This document shows, piece after piece, positions 51,888 through 64,000 of a DNA stretch of 64,000 nt; the stretch's first letter is position 1; each line of letters begins with the position of its first letter. The translations under genes were made by a program, and so were the position numbers. The DNA comes from Amoeboaphelidium protococcarum X5. Taxonomy: Eukaryota; Fungi; Aphelidiomycota. Location of the stretch: the NCBI GenBank assembly GCA_023515725.1, contig JALDTO010000237.1, positions 62,001-126,000 on the forward strand. The letters run 5' to 3'. The notes beneath the pieces are model-generated. The model had not been told where the DNA came from and did no database searches. It worked only from the letters and a program-made list of their open reading frames with translations.

Positions 51888-54053
51888 ATGAGTAAGAGAG
51901 ATAGAAAGTTTATCAAAGAGTTTGGCCAGTTGCCAGAGATGGGTGATGTAGCTGATCTTGACGTGTCCACTGTGATTAAAGAAGAAGATTTGGATAAGAG
52001 ACGTGGCAAGGAAGCATATGCGCGTCATAATTATGCATTCAAAGCTTAATCTTATGATGATAATCTTGGAGGCGAAAAAGTCGTTGCTACTACTCATGTC
52101 GTTGCTGATTAGAGGAAGAAGGTGCGCTTGGCTGACTTTCTGGCTGTGATTAGTCCACCGAATAGCTCTGTCGCTAACTAATCTTAGTAATCGCAGCAAG
52201 AGGAGGATGGTACTTCTGATACTGAACGCAGCGTTGACATTAATTCAGATAATGGTAAGGATGAAGATGTTGAATTGGATAGCGATTATAGTGATGAGTA
52301 TGAGAATGTCGCTGGTGATAAATCTGCCGTGAGCGCGTTTGATTGTCAATTCTCTGATTATGGATTGGACACTGAACTTAAGAAGATATTTGATAACAAA
52401 ACGGCTAGTAGGATGGCTAAACGCTTTATAAAGGAAGTGTAACACATTGATAAGCAAATTATTACACTGAGTTAAATCGAGGGAGATGATCGCCATGGTA
52501 AATCTAGTGCCAGTGTCAAGCCGAGATTGTAAGATGCCTATCAGAAAATGGCATCTTCCCCATTGATGCGTAATATGCTTGAATACCGCGATATTCACAT
52601 ATTTGACAAGACTCACTAATAGCGACAGTCTTTGATTGAATAGTATTGCCTACACGCACTTAATCATGTACATCATACCCGCGATCTAGTGATAAAGAAT
52701 AATGAAAAGTTAAGGGTTGATGATGGCAATCTAGAGATTAAAGATCAAGGATATTCCCGTCCTAAAGTGCTCATACTGTTACCTTTCAAGAATGACGCGT
52801 TGTAGGTTATCAATAGTCTTATGCGATTATCCGGAGCTGAGTAGGTGATGAACAAGAAGAGATTTTAGACCGAGTTCTCCCTATCAGCAGATGAGGATAA
52901 TGTTGACTCTGCGAAGCCAGCGGATTATCTCCAAACATTTGAAGGTAACATAGATGATTGTTTCCGTATTGGAATCAAAGTGCAGAGAAAAGCAATGAAA
53001 TTGTACAGCGACTTTTATGGAAGTGATATCTTGGTTTGTAGTCCGCTCGGCTTGAGGATGATCATCAAAGAGGAGGGTGATAAGGATCGTGATTTTGATT
53101 TCCTATCTTCAATCGAAGTTCTAGTTGTGGATGGTGCTGATGTAATTTCCATGCAGAACTGGGACCACCTGTTGCATGTATTCAAGCATTTGAACTGGAA
53201 GCCTTCGAATTTCAATCAGGATATCGACTTTGCCCGAGTGAAGCATTTGTATCTGGATGGAAATGCCAAGTATGTGAGGTAGAATATCATTATTAGTAGG
53301 TACTAGTTTCCAGAATTGAATGCTTTGTGTAACCGGCATTGCCTTAACATCGCAGGTTCTGTGCAGTATAAGCATCAAGTGTACGATGGGTGTTTGGCTA
53401 ATGTTGAAGTTCCTGGTCTGAAGCAGATCTTTATAAAAGTCGGTAATGTCTCGTCTCATCTCAATGCTGAAGATTCCCGATTTTAGTACTTGATTGACAC
53501 GATAATACCTAGTGTTGCGGATTAGCGCAACTAATCACTTACCATGACCGGTGGAGGGAAAGGACTTGGATGCTGTATTGTTGTGCCCACGTATTTAGAA
53601 TTTCTAAAGGTGAGGAATTGGTTCGAGAAATTGGAGTCTGATGCTGAGTAGTACGTTGATGCACCGAAGCCTCTATCGTACGTGGCTATTAGTGAGTACT
53701 CTTCAGCCGGAGACATCAGTCGTTCTCGGTCGCATTTCTATCACGGCAAGCGAGATTTCCTGGTGGTGACTGAGAGATTTCACTACTTTAGACGGTATCG
53801 ACTTCGTGGCATCAAACAGTTGTTGTTCTCTGGTCCAGTGGCTAATGCTCATTTCTACGCTGAGTTTGCATCTATGCTTGTGGATTTGAAGAGTGCGGAT
53901 GCGGATGTGGATGAGCTACTGGATAGAAATAGTAAAGTTGTTGTATTGTACTCCAAGTATGACGCGCTTGCTCTGGAAAGAATCGTTGGCTCTTCCAAGT
54001 TGCCAAAGATGATACACGGCTCGAAAGAGCTGTTCATGTTCTCCACTCAATGA
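51888..54053 (+). CDS. UTP25: SSU processome component Utp25/DIEXF
   Basis: [61 protein letters not shown]. Confidence 0.94.
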
Positions 54054-54337
54054 TATTTCAATTGAATTGAATACTTTATGCGCATCTTATTGATGTTCTT
54101 TGTTGTTATTTATTTGATTTCTTATCTTGTCTGGGCATACTTGTGACGTGCAGCGAATTAGCCAGCACAGTTTATACCAAGAGCGAAGTTTCCTCGATCA
54201 CCGTTGAGTGCGAGAGAGAGAGAGAGAGTGAGTGAGTCGCTACTCTTCCCCTTCAAACGCCCGATCAATTCACTTGAAACAATTGGGAAAATATGCCCGC
54301 AGATCGTAAACATTAGCATTAGCAACTTCCATTGAAT

Positions 54338-56044
54338 ATGGCAGATACTCGGCGATCTTAATAATAATAATAATAATCTGATAGAAAGAAATCCCATGGA
54401 TATGCAAGCGATCAGCCATCGCTGCTTTTATCTGGAGAATTCAAGTTATACTATTTGCTGTTCGCAGTCATCCATATAGTCTCCATCCCAGTGATGTGGA
54501 GTGTCAGCTCTATGAATAATGATACTTGGTTCCAATTCCAGCATCTGCTATCTGATAGTTGGATCTTTGGTAGCTGGCGATAAATTGATAATTCAGATCT
54601 ACAGTATTCGGGATTCCGGACTAAAATACCGATACTTGCCGTGTGTCTTACGTTGCATGTCTTGCTGTCCAGGTGGAGTAGATTTCTTGATCTTAGATTT
54701 TAATCTACCGCTGTTAATTACTAGCATGTTTTTTAGATTGTATTTTCTCTAGTATTCTTGTATGTGCTGCATGGTAATGGACTGTTGAAAATCCTTATTA
54801 TTTTGTCGATAAATTACATGATATGCAGATCGCTGGCCTCAGTGTAGACACCTTGGCTGATGCCACTTGTCGTGTGGATGTATTGTATATCAGTTCTGTA
54901 TCTGAATGATTAACACTCTGGTTATAAGTTCTCTCATTTACATCAGAGCTTTGCATCTTTGGATGATAACAATGGCCTCATGTCCAGATGGTATGTAACC
55001 TTTAATATCACCGTTCTCAGGATGATTTCTTACGCAATGGATTACCAATGGTCACTGGAGTCTTCAGCAGATGGCAGTGATTAGAAACTTAACTCTAAGC
55101 ATTAGACTTGTTTATAGTGCAGGTAGTCTGGTGATAAATGTGACAAGTACCGCGCGTAAAGGAGCCGCCTGCCTGATGAGTATTCATATGTTAATTTTCT
55201 CCAGTATTGTCTATATATTCCTCTATATCTCGCTGGTCCTATTATCACTTTTAATACGTATCGCTCTTAATTGTCGTAAAGATCAAAGAAGCTTGAATTC
55301 AAGTCAACAGTTGTTTATGGCCTCCGTCTCGTTGGTGTCATTCTGCTTATGGAGACATTGATGCACATGATGTACGTGGTCGCTATACAGAAGGCTAATG
55401 CGTGGCAGAATCTATCTGGTCTTCAGGTGGCTATTCTTAGTGTGTACAATTTGATGTTTGTCTGGCTTAAACTTTTGATTATTTGGCGATTCTTTAGATT
55501 TTGGGCGTTGTGTGATGGTATATATCCGGTTGAGAACATGGTGCGGTGTATGTATGACTCATTTAGTGGAATAGATTTCTGGAGATATTGGCACCAGTCT
55601 TACAACAAGTGGATCATACGGTATTTGTACATTCCACTAGGAGGATCAAAGTATCGTTTGTACAATATGTGGGTAGTGTTTACGTTTGTGGCCATCTGGC
55701 ATGATATTACGTTCAAATTGCTCTTATGGGGATGGCTTATTTGTCTCTTTATCGTTCCAGAGTATTTGTGTAATATATTGGGTCACAAGTATTTAAGCCA
55801 CCTGCCATATTACCGACATTTAACCGCAGCTGGATATGCATGCAATGTTGTCTTTATGTGCATTGCAAATGTTGTGGGATTTTGTGTTCGTGATTACAAA
55901 GATATTCCGTATTTAATGCAGAAGTTGTTTGTCGACAATCCGTACGCGATCCTGATGTACTTTATATACGCATTCATGATTGCTCAAGTTTCCATTGAGA
56001 TCAGAAGAACTGAAGCTTTATAACGACTGAAATATGATGATTGA
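54338..56044 (+). CDS. GUP1: MBOAT O-acyltransferase Gup1/HHAT-like
   Basis: DNSDLQYSGFR, FNITVLRMISYAMD, YIPLYLAGPIITFN, FWRYWHQSYNKWIIRYLYIPLGG, FVAIWHD. Confidence 0.92.
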
Positions 56045-56287
56045 GTGAGTATACTTGATATTCTCCTGCATCTGTATATACTTCTCCACTTCTTGAAATA
56101 AGCGAGGAGAGGTCTACTGTGGTCCATTTCGGAATGAAACGAGATTTAGAACTGAAACCATTCGCGCTCTCCTCGTCACACTTCTCTCACCTGTAAAACA
56201 TTAGGATAAAGGATACAAATAGCTTAAATTCTAAAGATCCATTTGGGTGTACATTCTTTACTAGTATATCATAATTACTGTAGTATT

Positions 56288-58513
56288 ATGGATCAATAAA
56301 TAAATGGTCAAGTGCCGTTGTGGTAAGAATTTAAAATTCTCATTTCTACTGATAATCATGTTGGATACATGGAGAAGGATCCCGTGCGTGGAAATGATTC
56401 GTTTGTCACGTTTAATGAAGTCTTATAGATTGCGGCTGAGCATCAGGTGGATTTCGTCTTGCTTGGTGGAGACTTATTTCATGATAATCGGCCATCTGTG
56501 CCGTGTATTGTCAAGACTCTGGAGATACTGCGTAGTCGCGTCATGGGCAGCCGGCCTATAGCTTTCGACTACTTTAGCGATCCATCAGTGGATTTTCATG
56601 ACAAGTTTGCCCAGGTGAACATTTAGAATCCAGACATTAATATCCAGATGCCAATCTTTACCATACATGGTAACCATGATGATCCATCGCAGTAAGGTTA
56701 CAGTAGCGTCGATATTCTGTCCAATGCGAATTACGTGAACTATTTTGGCAAATAACCAACTTTGGACAAGATTGAAATTAGTCCCTTATTGCTGAAGAAG
56801 GGCGGTTTAAAGATTGCCATCTATGGTCTTGGTAATGTTCGCGATGAGCGGTTGTATCGATGCTTTAGAGAGGGTAAAGTGACGCTGCTTAAACATCATG
56901 AAAGTGAGTCTGATGATGATGGCGGTGGTGGTAGATGGTTCAATATTCTGGTGCTTCATTAGAATCGAGTAAAGCATACAGACACTAGCTATGTGCCGGA
57001 GGGCTTTATAGATCCACTCATAGATTTGGTGTTCTGGGGACATGAACATGATTGTCGCATCGATGTGGAGTACAATGACTAGTAGCAGTTCTACATCACG
57101 TAGCCGGGAAGTTCAATTGCCACCAGTCTGAGTGATGGAGAATCTATTGATAAACATGTTGGTATTCTAACGATTGGCGTCAATAACTAGTTTAACATAC
57201 AGAAAGTTCCTCTGAAGACTGTAAGACCATTCGTAGTGAGGAGCATCGTTCTTCAGGATAGCGGACTTAACAGATTGGATTAGAAAGGTATTCACAAGCA
57301 CATTTGTACAATTCTGGATGATATGGTGACAGAAGCTAGGCGCAAGTGGAGGGAGTAGAATGTGGATGATGATGCAGCTGGTGTAGAACCGCCTCTGCCA
57401 CTTATCCGTTTAAAGATTGACTATACTGGTGAGTTTACCACTTTCCATACTGCCAGATTTAGTCAGTAATACGTGGGCAAAGTTGCCAATCCGAAAGATC
57501 TTGTATACTTTTTCAAAAGGCGTTTGTACAATTCAAAGCTCGGTGTCAATTCCACAACATAGTAGGTGTAATAACAGTTGTTAATTTAGTCGAGTGAAGC
57601 GATAAAACTAGACTCTGTGCAGGTGGATTAGTTAGTCAATGAGTACCTTAACATGCAAGAGCTAACCATGTTACCAGAGAGTGGTCTGCACGAGTCTATC
57701 ACTAAATTTGTACAAAAGGATGACAAGGATGCGATCAGAGAGTATGTGGATCTTAACATCGATAGCACTAATAAAGAATTGACTCTGAACAAGTAGATGG
57801 AATTGAACAATGAGAATGACATTATTATTGTTCTCAAGGAGCTGAAGGCTCGAAAGGGACTCAAGTATGATCAGGATTTTAAGTACAGTTTATCTCCGGA
57901 TGATACCGAATTCGACAAGTAACAGAATATTATTGTGAATTAACAGTAATCGTAGATGGCAACAGCTGGAGGAGTTGCTGCTACGTAAACTCAAGCTGAC
58001 TCGGTGGCGCCAATGTAATTTGAGATCAATTCTGCATATGATCCATTTGTTGGAAGAGAATAGACTGCAATGGATGCAGAGTTTATGCAAGATGACTTGA
58101 TATTTCCTGATGATGATAAAGTGGGGGCGTCAACATCGAGAGCTAAAGCATCATCCAGTCGTGGTAGGAGTAAAGCAAGTTCAACAACTGCTCAAAAGAG
58201 ATAGAGAAAAGAGAGCTCCGTGGTGGAGATTGACGATAGCGATATTAGTGGTGATGGTGATGGTGATATTGCGAATGATAATGATAATGACGATATCATA
58301 GTCTTGGAGTCTGATGGCGGTGGTAATATTGAAAACTTTAATGGATCATTGGATGATGTGAAGAATACTGCCAAGCCGCAGACAGCCGCCACCAAGTAAA
58401 CATCCAGAAAGCGTAAAGGTACAGAATCTTCCGCTAATACAACCTCCAAGGTGTAAAAGTCGACATCCACGCAGTACACTAAACTCAAGAGTGCATGGCC
58501 TCCAAGAAGGTGA
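56288..58513 (+). CDS. MRE11: Double-strand break repair nuclease Mre11
   Basis: [29 protein letters not shown](TAG=Q)NR, WGHEH, (TAG=Q)PGSS. Confidence 0.97.
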
Positions 58514-58519
58514 ACTTAC

Positions 58520-61500
58520 ATGTAAATTTCTTACTTAATCGTGATATCTTTGAGATGAAAATGTACTTGTGCCCTTCAAATACTTACAAATCCTCTTTAC
58601 AGCAGTCCAATGTTTTTGACCCGGATTAGAAGAAAACTTGCAAACTTTTCCAACAGCGGCTGATATATCAGGACGAGTAGCACATGCAGTGTATAATAGA
58701 GCGCCGAAGACTTGTTGATAAGGAATATCTTACATCAACTCTTGTTCCTCTTTCGTCTCAGGGCAGTCTTATAAAGACAGAGATACTGTAGAGTCCATGG
58801 GCGTTGGTGCTGGTTTCACGAGACTCATCTCGTAATCCTCCAGCAGTTCGGCAATAAATCTGTGCTAGTCTTCGCTTATCTGTCGCGCTCAATATGCAGT
58901 CCAAGGAAATACGATGCCGGACCCAGATCAGTAATCTCAATCATGGTCGCGATATCTTTCTTCAACTTCTATGCTTGATCAATCCCCTTAATGACCAGTA
59001 GCATATCATCAACATGCGCCAGTATGAGGGCATCATCTTCTTTTCTGTAGGACAGGCAGTGATCAGCCTCCGTTGGAACGAATCCAAGTTATGCGTAACA
59101 TTTCTTAAGATGATTATACCATTCTGCCGCCGCCTACTTCAATCCATAGAGTGTCTTGAGGAGTTGAAGTTTAACATCGTCTCCGCAGTCGAGTAAGCCA
59201 CCTTCCGCGACTTCCATATATATTTCCTCCCTAAGTTCAGGCACGACGAAAGCTTAAACGGCATCAACTTGCTCTATCTCGTAATCGAGTGAAGCGCATT
59301 TGGATAACATTATTCTGAGGGAGTTCGTTCTTGCCGTAGGTTCATAAGTCTCCTAAAAATCCAGTCCAGACACTTAAGAATAACTTTTTGCAACCAATCT
59401 AGCTTTGAATTTATAATCGCCAGACGCAGTCTTCTTCTTAGTAAACACCCATCGACACTTGATTACACGGTCTCCCTTTCGTCGCAATACCTTCCTCCAT
59501 GTCTTTCGATTCTCAAGTCCATTGATTTCTTTCATCATAGCCTTGTAATAATGATCTCTGTCAGGTCCAGATAATGCTTCGCGCACACTTTGCGGATTTC
59601 TCTCTAATTTCGTAGTGAGGGCTTTAAATTGCTTTCGCACTCTTTTTTCACTAACAATATTATAGGTATCAATTCTAGACACAATTTCTTTAGGCGCAGA
59701 TTGAGTAGGATCTAGGACAACAACATCGGTAGATCCAGGCTAGGCATTGTGAGGAGAAGAAGAATTCATTACAGGCGCAGTTGAATGCGGAACTTGTGAT
59801 ATGTCAAGATCTTCAGTCGGTTAAGATAAACTTTATGACAGTATCTAAACTGGGGCCTCTTCTGATAAATTATGCACCGGTGACATAAGGGGAACTGTAA
59901 ACTCTTGCAAAGTCGTTTCTTGACTTGCCGGATTAGAGGTTTAGGGAGAGTCATAAGCTAAGTCTACACCAAACTTCTTTTCTTTAGGAAATGTGAATGC
60001 GTTGGAGGTGATCAACTTTTGGCGCACAATATCATAAAACCGCAATATCGATGTAGTCTCAGTATAGCCCATGAAATGCATTCTACAGCACGCGGATCCA
60101 GCTTGGACCGCTTTTCAACAGGAACATGAATAAAGGAGTGCTAACCAAATATTTGCAAATGATTCGACTTCGGCAACTTACCTTACCATAATTCATAAGG
60201 GCTTTTAGATTGTGGATTGGAGCTAGATGGACTAATATTGCTCAGATACACAGCAGTCAGCGCAGCCTGGCCCCAAAACTACTCTGGAAGCTTTGACTCT
60301 ATGAGCATAGTGCGCACTTTATTGAATATAGTCAGATTTTTCCGCTCGCTAACACCATTCTGCTCAGGAGTGTAAGGAACTGTAAGCTCATGCATGATGC
60401 CATTGTCCTACAAATATCCGGTGAATTCGTTAGATAGGTATCCCTTGGCGTTATCCGATCGCAAAGATTGAACTATAAGAGGAGTGGCACTCGGAACCAA
60501 AGAGAATTAACTCATTTTATGCTCACCAAATGTCGCTGACTATACACGGATTCCTTCATTACGCAGCTTCTAATGCACGTATTTAAAGCACTTGATATCC
60601 TCAGACCTTCTTTTCATCAGGAAAGCAAGAGTAAATCGCGACTTGTCGTCAGTGAATGTGATGAGATATTGGTTGCCATTGATGTACGCAACTAGTGGAC
60701 CGCATATATTTGTGCGCAGACGCGAACCATTTCTTTCTGCTCTACTATCGGTAGGATGCATTGAGGGGCGCTTATTCTTACCAATGATACAAGAGATACA
60801 TTCAGAGCAATTCTCAGCTTTGATGTTACCTATTCCATGATTGCTGCAAAATTTGACGACATCTTTGACATTAGCATGACCCAGCTTAGAGCGCATATCA
60901 TCGCATAACTCCTTAGAAGACTGGGAAGTAAGAAAAAGAGCTTAACTGCTAGGATTGGATACAACTCTCCATAAGCCGTCTCTTTTAGACTTCCCTCCTT
61001 ACCATAAACGCTCATTCGGCAGTTTCACGTGGTCTTTGAAGCAAAAACCGTCTATCCGTCAAACAGGACTTTGAATCCAGAATTGCAGAGCTTGGAAACA
61101 GAAAGCAGATTCTCTGATAGTGTCGGGCAATACAAGACATTGGAGAGTTCAAAAGCCCGTGAGTTGCTGTTGACGGTGACACTACCACGCTTAACGCATG
61201 CCATTGACGCATTCGCTGTACCAACCTGAGTACGAAAGTTAGAGGAGTTAAATAAATTATGTTACGTATTAGTGAAGTGATCACTTGCTCCGCTATCAAT
61301 AATCCAGGACTGACCAGCCTTATGCGCCACCGGGCTATGCCATTCACCAGCCTTAGAAGCTTTGTGCTACCCTTTGCAAAACTTACTCCCTTCAGAGTGA
61401 TTGAACCTCTCCATTCCGGCTGACTTGCACTTCTGACATACCGGTCTCAAGTGTGGATAACACTTCCAACAGTCAACGCCGCGGCATTCAAATGGATGCT

Positions 61501-62120
61501 TTGCTAACTTCATAACTTGGGTGCATTGGTACAGGCGGCGTCCTCAGTAATACAGCGCGACATTAGGACGTCGCGTTTGACAAGAGCCGCCTCCGTGCCA
61601 GCCACCGCACGCACCACCCTCAGATGTTCAGGCAGTCTGCCAAGTAGAGCCATTGTCACAAGATCGCTGATTTTGATCATATCAGAGCCACCATTTGCGT
61701 GGATTAAGGAGCGCTCGATAGCCTCCGCAGCTGTAAAGTCGTCCTCCACTCGGTCGCCAAAGTACCTAAGACGGCTAGCAACAGTTTGTCTTACAAAGTG
61801 CTCACTCAGCTTCTTCCGCTAATCAGACGCCTAATCGCAGTCTATGAATTTACTAGCAAGGTCCATTGATATATTTGCTTCGATCGCGAAGGCGGCCTGG
61901 TCAGTATCCATCGAGACTTACTTCACATCGTCCCAGGCCTTCAGCAGCTTCAGCAGCATCTTCATTTTTTTAACCCAAACGAAGTAGTCCGACTGCACTT
62001 TCAGCATGCACCAATTGTGAATTCTAATCGACGCGTCGGCGTCTTATGCAGCAGGAGCAGAAGGAGTAGAAGGAGCTGTTTAAGAACCAGTCGGCATGAT
62101 TTAGCAGTGCTGATAACGTA
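58520..62120 (-). mobile_element. Degraded Ty1/copia retrotransposon (gag-PR-IN-RT, frameshifted, RNase H and 3' LTR missing)
   Basis: Gag ATG at 62097. Protease WIIDSGASDHF, integrase LGH..CISC and PYTPEQNGVSERKN, RT KARLVAKSYSQ, HVDDMLL, TRPDISAAVG. IN precedes RT, the copia order. Confidence 0.92.
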
Positions 62121-62305
62121 ACGAAAAATGATAAGTAAAATGGGTGATATAGATTACTGTATTTCTTATCATGAAAAGATTCTCACTTAGCCCATGCTTG
62201 ATCTTATCAGAATCCGTTTCACTTCTAACCTTGGCGTAAGAATATTGCACCATGAGGCGCAGCAGCTCCATGTGGATCTTTGATCAATGATCTGACAAAA
62301 TGCAA

Positions 62306-64000
62306 GAGGAGGTTCGATAATACTAGAAAAGTGTGATTAAAGGCAGCCAAATCTTATTTTATCGCTTTAGTGAATGCCTCACACTTTGTGTGGTGTTTCG
62401 CTAAAGTATATCACACCTTGTGTGGTATGAGTATTTTCCCAGCGAGAAGTGTTCTGCACTTGCGGTTACTTTTAAATGAAAGAGGAGACTCGAATATTCT
62501 AGAAAAGTGTAATTTAATGCAGCTAATTCTAATTTTATCGCGGTTTGGCAATGCCTCACACTTTGTGTGGTGTTTCGCTAAAGTACATCACACCTTGTGT
62601 GGTATGAGTATTTTCCCAGCGAGAAGTGTTCTGCACTTGCGGTTACTTTTAAATGAAAGAGGAGACTCGAATATTCTAGAAAAGTGTAATTTAATGCAGC
62701 TAATTCTAATTTTATCGCGGTTTGGCAATGCCTCACACTTTGTGTGGTGTTTCGCTAAAGTATATCACACCTTGTGTGGTATGAGTATTTTCCCAGCGAG
62801 AAGTGTTCTGCACTTGCGGTTACTTTTAAATGAAAGAGGAGACTCGAATATTCTAGAAAAGTGTAATTTAATGCAGCTAATTCTAATTTTATCGCGGTTT
62901 GGCAATGCCTCACACTTTGTGTGGTGTTTCGCTAAAGTACATCACACCTTGTGTGGTATGAGTATTTTCCCAGCGAGAAGTGTTCTGCACTTGCGGTTAC
63001 TTTTAAATGAAAGAGGAGACTCGAATATTCTAGAAAAGTGTAATTTAATGCAGCTAATTCTAATTTTATCGCGGTTTGGCAATGCCTCACACTTTGTGTG
63101 GTGTTTCGCTAAAGTATATCACACCTTGTGTGGTATGAGTATTTTCCCAGCGAGAAGTGTTCTGCACTTGCGGTTACTTTTAAATGAAAGAGGAGACTCG
63201 AATATTCTAGAAAAGTGTAATTTAATGCAGCTAATTCTAATTTTATCGCGGTTTGGCAATGCCTCACACTTTGTGTGGTGTTTCGCTAAAGTACATCACA
63301 CCTTGTGTGGTATGAGTATTTTCCCAGCGAGAAGTGTTCTGCACTTGCGGTTACTTTTAAATGAAAGAGGAGACTCGAATATTCTAGAAAAGTGTAATTT
63401 AATGCAGCTAATTCTAATTTTATCGCGGTTTGGCAATGCCTCACACTTTGTGTGGTGTTTCGCTAAAGTATATCACACCTTGTGTGGTATGAGTATTTTC
63501 CCAGCGAGAAGTGTTCTGCACTTGCGGTTACTTTTAAATGAAAGAGGAGACTCGAATATTCTAGAAAAGTGTAATTTAATGCAGCTAATTCTAATTTTAT
63601 CGCGGTTTGGCAATGCCTCACACTTTGTGTGGTGTTTCGCTAAAGTACATCACACCTTGTGTGGTATGAGTATTTTCCCAGCGAGAAGTGTTCTGCACTT
63701 GCGGTTACTTTTAAATGAAAGAGGAGACTCGAATATTCTAGAAAAGTGTAATTTAATGCTGCTAATTCTAATTTTATCGCGGTTTGGCAATGCCTCACAC
63801 TTTGTGTGGTGTTTCGCTAAAGTACATCACACCTTGTGTGGTATGGGTAACTTTTCGGCGAGCAGTGTTCTACATTTGCGGTTACTTTTAAATGATAGGG
63901 GAGGTTCGATAATACTAGAAAAGTGTGATTAAAGGCAGCCAAATCTTATTTTATCGCTTTAGTGAATGCCTCACACTTTGTGTGGTGTTTCGCTAAAGTA
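62306..64000. repeat. 177-bp tandem satellite with higher-order structure, running off the window end
   Basis: AATGCCTCAC recurs at 62373, 62550, 62727, 62904, 63081, 63258, 63435, 63612, 63789 and 63965. Monomers are nearly identical. Confidence 0.97.

Noticed and set aside
1873-58513. Mass pseudogenisation suggested by in-frame stops
   Set aside because: The interruptions are only TAA/TAG, never TGA or frameshifts, and sit at Gln positions of essential genes. This is a code change.
62370-63932. 520-aa ORF made of 59-aa repeats
   Set aside because: Artefact of a 177-bp (3n) satellite with one stop-free frame. It starts at GTG and has no protein-like features.
62306-64000. CRISPR-like array
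   Set aside because: Contiguous near-identical monomers with no unique spacers, no cas genes, and a eukaryotic context.

Overview
Compact, intron-poor eukaryotic genomic DNA of fungal affinity that uses a non-standard nuclear genetic code: TAA and TAG are sense codons (Gln) and TGA is the only stop. The supplied ORF track is therefore fragmented. This code combined with a fungal-type gene set (POM152, SPA2/GIT, GUP1, BUD22) fits the aphelid Amoeboaphelidium protococcarum (inference). Re-read in that code, the window holds about 20 housekeeping genes: senescence/spartin-domain protein, Ki-67-like FHA protein, TAP42, SPA2, DUF1640, NDUFS4, ALG13, b5-fused desaturase, BUD22, SMC2, CDC23, ENT3, RNASEH2B, PAH1, HEM3, POM152, RER2, MAK5, UTP25, GUP1 and MRE11. 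Transposon debris lies at both ends: piggyBac and chromo-gypsy on the left, copia on the right. A 177-bp satellite with higher-order structure fills the right end. The most interesting element is a ~2.73-kb repeat unit encoding an intact PD-(D/E)xK nuclease + protein-kinase fusion (Spok/Crinkler-like architecture), missed by the ORF track. It occurs as 5 intact, mosaic copies in two oppositely oriented arrays (16.5-20.6 kb and 34.1-42.8 kb) that bracket a 13-kb block of core genes.
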